Below are positions 52,884 through 64,000 of a stretch of DNA of 64,000 bases, piece after piece. The notes below the pieces were generated by a model. It saw nothing but the letters and a program-made list of their open reading frames with translations, was not told the DNA's origin and made no database searches. Origin of the DNA: Macrostomum lignano (Eukaryota); NCBI GenBank assembly GCA_002269645.1, contig NIVC01000646.1, forward strand, positions 431,241-495,240, in the 5' to 3' direction. The translations under genes and the position numbers were made by a program. How positions within the stretch are numbered: position 1 is the first letter of the stretch; every line of letters begins with the position of its first letter.

Positions 52884-53564
52884 GGGTCACCATCGCAAGC
52901 TCGAAAAGTCACATCGTCGAAAAGTTTAGCAACCACCATCGCAAGCTCGAAAAGTCACATCGTCGAAAAGTTTAGCAATCACCATCGCAAGCTGGAAAAG
53001 TCACATCGTCGAAAAGTTTAGCAACCACCATCGCAAGCTCGAAAAGTCACATCGTCGAAAAGTTTAGCAATCACCATCGCAAGCTGGAAAAGTCACATCG
53101 TCGAAAAGTTTAGCAACCACCATCGCAAGCTCGAAAAGTCACATCGTCGAAAAGTTTAGCAATCACCATCGCAAGCTGGAAAAGTCACATCGTCGAAAAG
53201 TTTAGCAACCACCATCGCAAGCTCGAAAAGTCACATCGTCGAAAAGTTTAGCAATCACCATCGCAAGCTGGAAAAGTCACATCGTCGAAAAGTTTAGCAA
53301 TCACCATCGCAAGCTGGAAAAGTCACATCGTCGAAAAGTTTAGCAATCACCATCGCAAGCTGGAAAAGTCACATCGTCGAAAAGTTTAGCAACCACCATC
53401 GCAAACTCGAAAGGCACAAGTTCTAACCCTAATCCTTTTCGAGCTTGTGATAGTGGTTGCTAAATCATTTTTCGAGCTTGTGATTTTTCGAACTTGTGAC
53501 TTTTCGAGCTTGTGATGGTGGTTACTTTTCGATGATGTGATTTTTAGAGCTTGTGATGTGACTC
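52884..53564. mobile_element. Non-autonomous foldback/MULE-like element; left arm ~11-12 x 46-bp repeat, short inverted right arm
   Basis: Termini GGGTCAC...GTGACTC with a perfect 9-bp direct flank CCGAGTTCT (52875-52883 and 53565-53573). Right-arm motifs TTTTCGAGCTTGTGAT are the reverse complement of the left unit. The centre contains CTAACCCTAA. Confidence 0.85.
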
Positions 53565-55627
53565 CCGAGTTCTCAGTCTTCCTGAACTGGAAACTTTATC
53601 ATGTTGTTGAATATAGTTAAAGGCTCAATTTTTTATAAACTTTCGAGGCCTTTAATTGCACTTTCCCGACCTGCACTTCTGAATATCAATTTGAAGAAAG
53701 AATGGCTTCTCCAATGAGATCTAACGGGTTTACAGAGTTGTATTTTAGAAAAATGCCATCTAACAGTTTGGACGGTACTACTCGTAAATATTAATAAATT
53801 AATATTAGAAATTGCTTTAATTTTACTACAAATAATCCTATTCACTGCATCACGAGTTGCAAATTACAAAGTCTTTGATCGTAAGCTTGAATTAGGCATT
53901 TATCTAGCAAAATCTTGCCGATTCAAGCCAGTTGCTTTTAGAAGCAACTCCCTTATCTGTTGTTTGATATTTCTGGATTGTTAATAATTCCAAACAGTTT
54001 TAAGATCCTATTTTGCCTGCACCGTTGGACTCGGAGTCAGGTAGGGCGCACGCCCGGCCCCTATCTCTCTCTTTCTCCCTCTATCTCTCTCTCAGTCATA
54101 GGTTTCGAGTCCCATAAGCAACACAGAAGATATCCTGCGCATTAGTTTCGGCGCAGCCGTTGCTTTCACACAAGTCACCCACAGAGAGTAACTGAGCTTC
54201 AATGTATTGCTTGGATGGGCCAAAGGGGATATTTGGGACAGCAGTAACCAGCGCTGGTCTCGCTGAGATTACTTTAGTAGGCAATAGAATTCTCTTATCT
54301 AGCTATCTATCTGGCGCAACACCCCACTCGCACGCGCTGTCCCATTGATGCCGGCGCCCCCTGCCCCCACCCCCTACCCCCAGAAAAAGGATTTAATGCC
54401 AACTCGCGCCAGGCCAGACCAGTCGCTGCAACTCTTCATTCCAACTACATTTGCCTGTTGTTTTCCAATATTCAACTTTTGTTCATAGGTAAGTTTGCTC
54501 GTTTCTTTTTGAAAAAGAGAGCAGAACACCTTGAAGACGACGCGCGAGTTGTACGGAAAAGCAGGTCAATTTATTAATTAGTTGCTCCCGTACTGAGCCC
54601 AACTGTTTGTTCGTTCGGCTCGCGTCCGTCTGTAAGGTTATGCGCAAGTATGCACTGTGATTCACCGAGATGTACCATCGAACAAATAAGAATTTGCATG
54701 GCACCAGGGCTGTAGACACCGTTCCATAAATAGCAGTGCTGGGTATTGCAAAACCTCTTTCCTCTCTGTCAAACCTTCCTAAGTAACGATTTTCTTCAAA
54801 TCACGAATTATAAATTCAATCACTGTCAAATATTTACGTATTGTTGGTGCTTATTTATATCGACCAGGTGACGCCGTTGCGTCAATAAAATTATACACCT
54901 ATCGTGAATGCTTCCATAGTTTTTTTATAAAGGACTTCCGTGTCAGTACACGTGTACTGCACTATAAACAAGCATGTATTTAGCATTGTGTCCTGCTGAT
55001 AATTATACAGTAATAGCATAAAATACGTAATACTTGGATATTGATCATTGGCGTGTGGCAGTCGTCACGCATGCAATTCATTATTAAATAAATAATCTGT
55101 ACATTGAATGACAGTGACTGAACTATTAATAGTTTGACTGACATGAGAAAAACTGTTTAAAACTGAATTATGAATTATGATTGACGTAACAAGTACACAG
55201 GGATGCACGGAGCCGCTCAATAAATGAGAATGAAAACCCAAGCCTTTTTCTCAAGGAACCACTGTTAGGGTGGAAGGACGCAGTGGAAGGCCCTTAAATT
55301 CAAAATGGTAGCAGTGTTCCCGATGTACACTTCTGTATGTGCTCAGGACTCAGCGAAGTGGGCAGAATGGCCTCAGCGCTGGCTGTGGGATTGTGCAACG
55401 ATGCGGGCGCCCGCAGCCCTCCTGCGATTATTATTATTGAAAGGCGTCGTCCAGCGAATACTACCAGTGGTCCTTGAGCGTATGTTTAATATACATAAGT
55501 GGGCAAAGTGGACAATGAGCAACGCTTGCATGGAAACTGAGATTAGCACAGAATTCTGGCACCAACTCGTAGGAATAGTAGAGCACAATGCGTCACAATC
55601 AATCACTGATGCAGCTGATCAGCTTCT

Positions 55628-58600
55628 TCAAATCACGGAGGTTGAAAATGCGGTCTCGTCGTGTACATCGTAGAGTCCCACAAAGCCTCCATCAGCGTTG
55701 GCGTCGTCTTTCAACTGCGCGATCTCGGCGAAGACGCTGGCCAACGGCTGGAACTGCGGCTGCCAGGCTGTCAGGTGCGACGGCAGCCGGGGCTGAGCCG
55801 TGTTCAGCCCGACGGGGAAGCCGCCGACTCCGCTGACGCCGTTGGAGCCACCGAAGCCAGCGGCACCAGCGGCAGCCCGCGGCAGCTCCAGCAGGCTGGG
55901 CACCGGGGTGGCTTGGTACGGATCCTCGCTCCACAGGCTGGCCGCGGAGTGGAATCGCCTGCCGGCGCCAGCGCTCAGAGGCGACGGTCGCAGCTCCGGG
56001 GTCACGCCAAGCCGGTGCAGATACTCTCGATGGTCCTTAGGCAAGGAGGCTCCGTCAGTCTGTCCTGTCGATATGAAATTCAGCGGCTGCTGTTGCTGCT
56101 GCTGGTGGTGATGCAGCTGCTGCGATTGATGGTCTTCGTCTGACGCGGCGCTGCCAAGTCCGGAGCTGTGCGCGGTGCCGCTCAGTCGAGTCAACTCCGT
56201 CATTGTCCTCGGCGGCGGCCTCGGCGGTTGGAGTCCGGCGGCCGCCGCGGCAACGACAGCGGCCACGTTCTGGTCGAAGCACGAGTCGTACAGCGTGGAA
56301 TTGGGCGATGCTGAGTTTGCGGCTCCTGCCGCGGCCGCTGCCTCCCTTCTCTTGGCTCGACTCGAATGCAGACCGCGCTTTCCAGCCAGTTGCCGGCGGC
56401 GATGCACGCAGACTGCCACGACTACCGCGACGACAATGATAGCAACCAAGACGAAGAGGCCTGCGAGGATGGCAGCCAGCGGTGGAGTGGCAAGGCCTGT
56501 CGAGGGTGGCTTCATCTCCAGCGGCACTGGCATGGTCAGCTGGACGACTGCGTCGGTGAACAGAGCCACGCTGCTGGCACGCACTCGGAGGCTGTAGTTC
56601 GCCAGCACCGTGTCATCAGCTGCCGCCGCATTGAAAGCTCGCGCCAGGTAAACTTCGCCCGTGCTGGTGTTCACGCTGAACCGTCCGGCAGCCGCTTCGC
56701 TGTCGGCGTCGCAGTCCACGCCAGTCAGCGAGAAAGCAACCCGGCCGGCCGACCCGGCGTCCCTGTCCGAGGCGGCCAGACGAATTAGCGACTGTCCGAT
56801 TGGTGGTGTGGATGCCAGGTTCAGCCGGTACTCGGCCAGGTCGAAGACCGGTTGGAACTCGTCGACATCCTGCACCAGCATCAGCAGCTGCTGCCTCTCC
56901 GCGCCAGCGCTGCAGTTGAGCCGCAGGCTGTAGGCAGTCGTGTTCTCGTAGTCGAGCATCCTCAGCGTTGTCAAGCGACCCGATTTGAGTTCGAACTCCG
57001 GACTGGCCGGCTCAACTGCGCAGTCGGTCGGCAGTTTGTCGCTGACCAGTGACCAGGCTGCGAGGCCTTCGCTCACCAGCAGAGCCAGCGGGTTCGCCGG
57101 TAGCGACGGCGCAGAAGCCGCAGCGTCGGTGAGAACCCGAAGACTGAGGCGGGCGAGGCTGGACAGCCGGACGTCGGAAGCGCGGACGAGGAATTCGAAG
57201 CCGACAAAGCCGGCGGCGCTGTCAGATGCGTCGATCTGAACCTCCGGCGGAGTCGAAAGTAGCGACACTCCCCCGCTTGCGGAATCTACGCCGAGCAGCG
57301 TCCCGTTGCCAAGCAACCGGTAGGTCACCTGACCGTTGATGCCGACGTCTGGGTCGTTCGCGGCCACCGTCAGGAGGCGAGATCCAACGGAGGCGGCCGC
57401 GGTGGACGCGACGAGGCTGGTTGCGTAGGGATCGCCAACGAACTTCGGCGCATTGTCGTTGGCGTCCTGCACCAAAACCTGCGGGTTCAGTGAGAAAATC
57501 AGCCTGTGACTACTTTAATTAGCATGATGAGCGAAATTTTCGTGACCTTTACTGTTGCTCTAATATTAAATTGGCTCTTCACAGTAAGAGACCGTTTTTA
57601 AGGCCTAGGGGGTTTAGCCTAGTGGTTAGAGCGTCGGACTTGAAGGTCGGGGGTTTGATTCTCGATCCACTGGAACAATTTGTGTCCTTGAGCAAGACAC
57701 TCAACTCTGCATTGCTGGAAATGAGTGCCAGCATTAGCTGGGGTAATTGAGGGTGTGTAGCGACTCCCCAGTCCTTGGACTGAACAGCCGTACGCAGCCT
57801 TCAGATGCGCCGCGCAATGGCTGCGGCTGAGCTGTCGGTTGCACATCTGGCCATTAGGGCAGGTGTAATCAATTATTATTTAATATTATCGAATACTAAC
57901 CGGTGGTAGATACCATCAATTGCGGTCAATTTGTAAATAAAATTTTCGTCGGTATAATCTCAAAATTACATTTAAAAACTTGTGTCAAAATCATCTTGAC
58001 AGCTCAAGCAACTGAAGAGCGGCTGAAACTAAGTTATAAACAAGAAACTTTAATTTGGTTTAAATGGTTTAAATGTTTTTTCGGCAATGTGAAGTTTCGG
58101 CCTTATGAAAGAGCGTGCTAATCATTTTGGCAAAGTGAAGTTTCGGCCTAGTGAAGTTTCGGCCTAGTGAAAGAGGCTGCTAAAATGATTTTTCCGCAAT
58201 GTGAAGTTTCGGCCTAGTGAAGTTTCGGCCTTGTGAAGGAAGATGCTTTCGGCGAAGTGAAATTTCGGCCTAGTGAAACCCCCCCAGCGCCGCGCTCCTC
58301 AGCTGATTGACAGCAGCAGGGGGAGAGTTTGCCTGGCTTGAGTGTCCTTTCCCAGCCCGGCAACCAGACACTCCTCTTGCTCCCCCCCCCTTCCTGCTTG
58401 TCGCGCACAATAAATGGCACAAGCGGCGGCCCTCTGACTACGCAGAATTCATTCTCTTCTTTAGATTCTCCCAACATGCTCACCCCAGCGTGAGGGATGC
58501 TGCAGTGAGCTGCTGACAGTCCCTTCCTGTGTTGGTACTTTGGAACCCGCAAAACTGCATTAGGACTGAACTATATTAGCTTTAACTATGAGTAATTCTA

Positions 58601-59337
58601 TAGAGATTCCAATTCTGTCCTTTTTATTCATTTTATTGTTTGCTGGCACCTGTGCTTTTTTGCCAGTTGATTTAGGGAAATACCATCCAATGACTATGGG
58701 CATATGCGGATTTGAATTTTGTACTTTTAAACCGTTTTGCATGGCTTTTTTAAATTTCATTACATCTCCCATCTCTCTCTCTATATATATATCCTGACTC
58801 CAACTCAATCTCAATCCTCTCTCACCCTGACGGTGGCGTTGACACCCAGGCTCGGCAGGCCGCTGTCCCAGCAGGCCACCTGGAAGCGGTGCTCCGCCTG
58901 AGACTCCCGGTCCAACCGCTTCGTCAGTACCAGCCGGCCCGTGTGCCGCACCGCCTGCACCGGCGGAGGCTCCGAGCCCGCCGCGGGGACCACCTCAACT
59001 GACGTCGTCTGGCCGGCGTCCTCGTCGACGCAGACTGCGACGCCCACAGCTCGACCAATCGGCGTCGCCTCCGACACCGTCAGCACGATGTCGCCGGTGG
59101 CGGCGCTGACATTCCGGAAGGCCGGCGGTCGCGAGTTCGAGGCCTGATAGCTGACCAGCACCGTGGCGAAGTCGGCGGATGTCGTCGTCGATCCGGACGA
59201 CAGCGGCAGCGTCGCCTTGACAACGAAGGCAAAGTCGGCGGCCTCGAGAACGGCCCGGCTCGGCCGGAGTTCCAGGCCGACCAGCTGAAACGGCGGCGGC
59301 TGTGGCAGCGTCGGATCGGCGACAATCGACAAGGACA

Positions 59338-59372
<35 letters not shown>

Positions 59373-60207
59373 ACAAGCTCTAAAGTGCCGACCGGATCTG
59401 TCAGCGAGGCGCCCAACCTGGCAACAAAGAAGAAAAAGCCGCGGACGAACTTGGCGCCGCCAGCCGAGGCGTTGAGTCGGACGCGGAAGCTGCCAGACGC
59501 CGAGTGTTCGCCACCGTCCACGACAGTCACGCTGAGGTTGAAGTCGGACCGGTCGGGTTTGCCGACCAGCCAGAGGTCGCCGGAGAATCGGCCGATGGCG
59601 AACACCGTTGAATGCGTCGACGGCTCGATGGCCAGGCTGTAGGCCAGCGGAGGGTAGCCATCAAGGTCCGTGGCTCGAATCTGGGTCAGCCGCTGACCGG
59701 GCCGGGCATCGGCGGCCAAGGTCAGGTCGGGATTCGGTTGCAGCAGCGGCTTCTGGTTGTTCAGATTGACGATGCGGACCAGCAAAGTGCACTTGGCCGT
59801 CATCAGCGGGTCATCTTCGGAGGCGGCTACCACGGCCAAGGAATGGTTGGACTGCAGACTGTAGTCCGGCGGAGTGGCCACGGTCACCAGCCCGGTGTCT
59901 TCGTTGATGGCGAAGCCGCTGCCGCCGCCGCCGCCGCCGCCACTCAGCAGGCGGTATTTCACCCGGCTGTCATCGTCGATGGCCCAGACTCGAGCAACTG
60001 GCGCGCCCGCGGGCGATTTCTCGGGCAGAACGGCGGCGTAGACCAGCTGGGCGAAGCGGGGGCCGCAGTCGTCCCGGTTGCTCAACCGGATGTCGACTCG
60101 AGTCAGCGCCGCCTGCTGCGCGGTGGACGCCTGAACGACCAGCCGGTAGCTGTGGCGGGTTTCATAGTCCAGGGCCGACGCGTTGGTGGTTGCCACCGTT
60201 ATGGCAC
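55628..60207 (-). CDS. ds: Dachsous-like protocadherin, last two exons (60207-58826 and 57478-55628); upstream exons not identified in the window
   Basis: Cadherin repeats (LDYE, DxNDNAPxF, AxDxD, LDRE), a TM helix (LAAILAGLFVLVAIIVVAVVVAVCV), and cytoplasmic HSSGLGSA..DED and WQPQFQPLASVFAEIAQLKDD, matching conserved Dachsous/DCHS C-terminal motifs. The intron between the exons is phase 0, GT-AG. Confidence 0.88.
57607..57880 (+). mobile_element. tRNA-derived CORE-like SINE, copy 3 (in the Dachsous intron)
   Basis: Same family in plus orientation, with A box TAGCCTAGTGG, a B-box-like GGTTTGATTCTC, short internal deletions and tail AATTATTATT. Confidence 0.8.
58085..58282. repeat. Clustered GTGAAGTTTCGGCCTA motifs, probably a subterminal arm of a DNA-transposon remnant
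   Basis: About 8 copies ending GTGAAACCCC; no partner arm found. Confidence 0.6.
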
Positions 60208-60299
60208 CTGGGGGTTTGGGTTTTGTTGGGTTTCAATGTCAGTCAGCTACCAGTCTTTAATCTGCTCCCACGGTGTTTTTGTCTGCCTCATAGATCAGT

Positions 60300-61712
60300 C
60301 AACATCCTTGAATCTGCCTTCCCGCTCCCCGTGTCCCTGAATCTGCCTCCCCGCTCCCCGTATCCTTGAATCTGCAACCCCGCTCCCCGTATCCTTGAAT
60401 CTGCAACCCGCTCCCCGTGTCCCTGAATCTGCCTCCCGGCTCCCCGTGTCCCTGAATCTGCCTCCCCGCTCCCCGTGTCCCTCTGAATCGGCCTGTCTAC
60501 TCCCTCTGAATCGGCCTGTCTACTCCTCTGAATCGGCCTGTCTACTCCCTCTGAATCGGCCTGTCTACTCCCTCTGAATCGGCCTGTCTACTCCCTCTGA
60601 ATCGGCCTGTCTACTCCCTCTGAATCAGCCTGTCTACTCCTCTGAATCGGCCTGTCTACTCCCTCTGAATCGGCCTGTCTACTCCCTCTGAATCGGCCTG
60701 TCTACTCCCTCTGAATCAGCCTGTCTACTCCCTCTGAATCGGCCTGTCTACTCCCTCTGAATCAGCCTGTCTACTCCCTCTGAATCAGCCTGTCTACTCC
60801 TCTGAATCGGCCTGTCTACTCCCTCTGAATCGGCCTGTCTACTCCCTCTGAATCGGCCTGTCTACTCCCTCTGAATCGGCCTGTCTACTCCCTCTGAATC
60901 AGCCTGTCTACTCCCTCTGAATCAGCCTGTCTACTCCCTCTGAATCGGCCTGTCTACTCCCTCTGAATCGGCCTGTCTACTCCCTCTGAATCGGCCTGTC
61001 TACTCCCTCTGAATCAGCCTGTCTACTCCCTCTGAATCAGCCTGTCTACTCCCTCTGAATCAGCCTGTCTACTCCCTCTGAATCAGCCTGTCTACTCCCT
61101 CTGAATCGGCCTGTCTACTCCCTCTGAATCAGCCTGTCTACTCCCTCTGAATCGGCCTGTCTACTCCCTCTGAATCGGCCTGTCTACTCCCTCTGAATCG
61201 GCCTGTCTACTCCCTCTGAATCAGCCTGTCTACTCCCTCTGAATCAGCCTGTCTACTCCCTCTGAATCGGCCTGTCTACTCCCTCTGAATCGGCCTGTCT
61301 ACTCCCTCTGAATCGGCCTGTCTACTCCCTCTGAATCAGCCTGTCTACTCCCTCTGAATCGGCCTGTCTACTCCCTCTGAATCGGCCTGTCTACTCCCTC
61401 TGAATCGGCCTGTCTACTCCCTCTGAATCAGCCTGTCTACTCCCTCTGAATCAGCCTGTCTACTCCCTCTGAATCAGCCTGTCTACTCCCTCTGAATCGG
61501 CCTGTCTACTCCCTCTGAATCGGCCTGTCTACTCCCTCTGAATCGGCCTGTCTACTCCCTCTGAATCGGCCTGTCTACTCCCTCTGAATCGGCCTGTCTA
61601 CTCCCTCTGAATCGGCCTGTCTACTCCCTCTGAATCAGCCTGTCTACTCCCTCTGAATCGGCCTGTCTACTCCCTCTGAATCGGCCTGTCTACTCCCTCT
61701 GAATCGGCCTGT
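60300..61712. repeat. ~28-bp repeat grading into a 23-bp minisatellite CTCTGAATC(G/A)GCCTGTCTACTCC
   Basis: About 53 copies of the 23-mer. Confidence 0.95.
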
Positions 61713-64000
61713 CGCAGAATCTCGCAGACACTAAGTCCCTATTATAGCTCGCATATTCTTCTTCAACTTGTCAACAACTTATGCAGCAGTGTTTGAGTAG
61801 AGAGAGAAGGATAATTAATCAAACAAAAATTTTCAAAGGTCAAGTGGGCGAAAGCCCTGAATTCTTGATACCCTGAATTCTGTTAATGGTCTTACTTATT
61901 CAAATTAAATTATATCTAACCATTGACTTTAATTAGTCTTTATTCCTTAACTTTGAGAGTAAGAGAAATAAGGTCCATACTCCGCAGGCCTGAGAACTTC
62001 GAGACTATAGCTTTTCGTGAAGTTCACGTAAGTAAACCATTCTAGAAAGCTCTTATTTTCTAAAGAAGCTCATTTGCATGGCTGACCTGAGTTTTGTGGC
62101 CCTACGCTAAACCACATAGCTAATACACTACTGAATAGAATGCTGCGAGGTTAAGCCCCGTGAGAATTAGCCTGAATGAACGTGGGAAACTCTCAACTTT
62201 TATAGGAAGTCCAAATCTTGGACTGCGACTTTATAATATGGCAAAGCAAGTGGACTCCAATCGTGATTGACAGGGGATTAACAGCAACCTGTGTTCAGAA
62301 CACAAGATTCAACCTGTGTTCTGAATCTTGCTGTAGGTTAAGAATATCAACTAGCGATACAAGAAACTAAGAAGCAGCCAACAGTATAAAGTTGAAAAGG
62401 CGATATGCCAGACCGAATCACTTAGGACCAGACAGTCAGACCGACTGGCAGATTTCTACTCCTATAGGCTCGGAGAGATGCTTATCCCTCCCGGAAAAAT
62501 CCCCTCAGGGCGGGGTGTCAAGGAGGAAATGGCGAGTAGGGAAAGCGTTGCATGGATACCGCATACTGAAATCCCAAGCAGCTGACACTAATTCTTGGTT
62601 CCGTCTATCCGCGCAGCCCCCAAGCCCCCTGGGGGTCTTCCTCCCTTCTTAACAAGACCTCCTGTGTTCAGTTTAATACTCGCGGAGACTGCCGAGATCG
62701 AGTATTGGAGGCTGCCCCGGCGGCATCTGCTGCTTCTCGACGGGGGGTGCGCGAGACGGCTGCTGCTGCATCGGAAAAAGCAGCCAGGGAGGGCAAAACT
62801 CTCTGATCTCCCCTCATCTCCCCAGCCTCTCCCAGCTCCAAGTAATTATTTCGAGCAAATCAAAATAACCCGAAGCCCTGACGCCCACCTTGCTTCCCAA
62901 ATCCCCAAGGAAGCTGGACGTGAGAGATGAAGATCCAAAGCTTATCGAACTGCTCGAGGGAGGTTGTCGGTTAAAATCAGTTAGCACTACCCCAAGGGAA
63001 TTCATAGCACTACGGTGCAATACTGCTTTTTTTCTAAATTCTTTCTACTTGCTTTTTTAGACAATATTCTCCATCATGTTACAATTTGAGTACGGCTGAA
63101 TGCACATAAAACCTCTAGTATCGTGCGTGTTTCCCTTTTTTTCTCCATTTCCAGCCCCGTGATGCGGTCCCAATCCGGACTCAGACAACTGGGCCATAAA
63201 TTGTAGCGGCTGCATTCTTGTCACCGCGGGCAGGAAATTGCTGTGGCAAAGGTGGCGGTCTGGGGGGGGGGGGCTGGCTTCTTATTTTTTGCCGGGAGGG
63301 CAGGCGCACTAAAATGCCGCCGTTTCCACCTCCTAGCAGCGTTTGCATGGGCAATAAACCCCGATCGTACGATTGTAAGTTGGTGCAGGCCTTTTGGACC
63401 TCGGGAGTTTCAATCGTAAAATATAGAATCTGCGTGGATCGCGAGAGAGAGAGAGAGAGAGACGAGAGAGAGAGAGGAGAGAGAGAAAGCTTGCAAGAGC
63501 GGAAAAATGAGGAAGTTTCTCCTTGATGGTCTACGCAAATTCGTTTTGTTCAAACTTTAAGTACTTTTTTGCGACTATTTGAATCAGGCCGACATTTCGG
63601 GAATCCATTTGAAGCTTGGGGATTTCTAAAGCGGATGGCTCGATACAAGAGAGAGAGAGAGAGAGCAACGCACCTGATTGTGCAGAGTTGAGGTCGATGA
63701 GTCAGTCGCCTTGCTCCCTTTCGGCTCGCAAAAACCACCTTGAAGCCAGGTGAGAATGAGAGAGCGAGAGAGAGAGAGAGAGAATAAGGAACAGCCAGTG
63801 AAAGAAGTCAGCCAAGCCTGTCAGCTAGACATGACATGAGCAAACTCTGACATAATGAAGGAGGCTGAGAGACTCACAAAAGAATAGCCTTTTAATAGGA
63901 TTTGAGGGGCGGGCCTTGCGTGAGTGCGCTCGCGCCCGCCTTTGTGCCTGGCCAGTGATTGGCATATTACACACAAATTAAAGCCAAAGACGGAAATGCA

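Noticed and set aside
57607-57680. tRNA-like sequence
   Set aside because: It is a SINE head with a deleted anticodon region, continuing into shared SINE body and tail.
59612-60340. 242-aa plus ORF and other short ORFs over the cadherin exons
   Set aside because: Antisense or off-frame shadows of GC-rich Dachsous coding sequence.
62392-63020. Short GC-rich ORFs upstream of the Dachsous exons
   Set aside because: No cadherin or TE motif on either strand and no supported splice path.

Overview
Animal genomic DNA with GC-rich, Ala/Gly-rich exons and introns packed with micro- and minisatellites. The style resembles a repeat-rich flatworm such as Macrostomum (inference only). Splicing exons by hand gives five minus-strand genes: (1) a divergent secreted FGF-like ligand with a ~330-aa Arg-rich tail (972-6545, 4 exons); (2) a METTL7/TMT1-like SAM methyltransferase (9096-10090); (3) a PGAP2-like Frag1/DRAM/Sfk1 membrane protein (16829-18864, 5 exons); (4) an SLC16/MCT transporter (22962-37125, 8 exons); (5) the 3' part of a Dachsous-like protocadherin (55628-60207). 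There is also a probable 2-exon orphan gene on the plus strand (50037-51338). Mobile DNA: three copies of a tRNA-derived CORE-like SINE, a 5'-truncated RTE-like LINE, a non-autonomous PIF/Harbinger, and two unrelated foldback/MULE-like elements whose inverted arms are minisatellites, flanked by 9-bp target-site duplications. Main leads: the FGF-like gene and a possible mucin-like alternative exon in its first intron, the minisatellite-armed foldback elements, and a ~6-kb sharply CpG-depleted domain (37.9-43.7 kb) containing a CpG-rich young insertion. Most long ORFs in the supplied track are repeat or antisense artefacts. No CRISPR array, rRNA or true tRNA gene was found. All protein family calls come from recalled motif similarity, not database searches.
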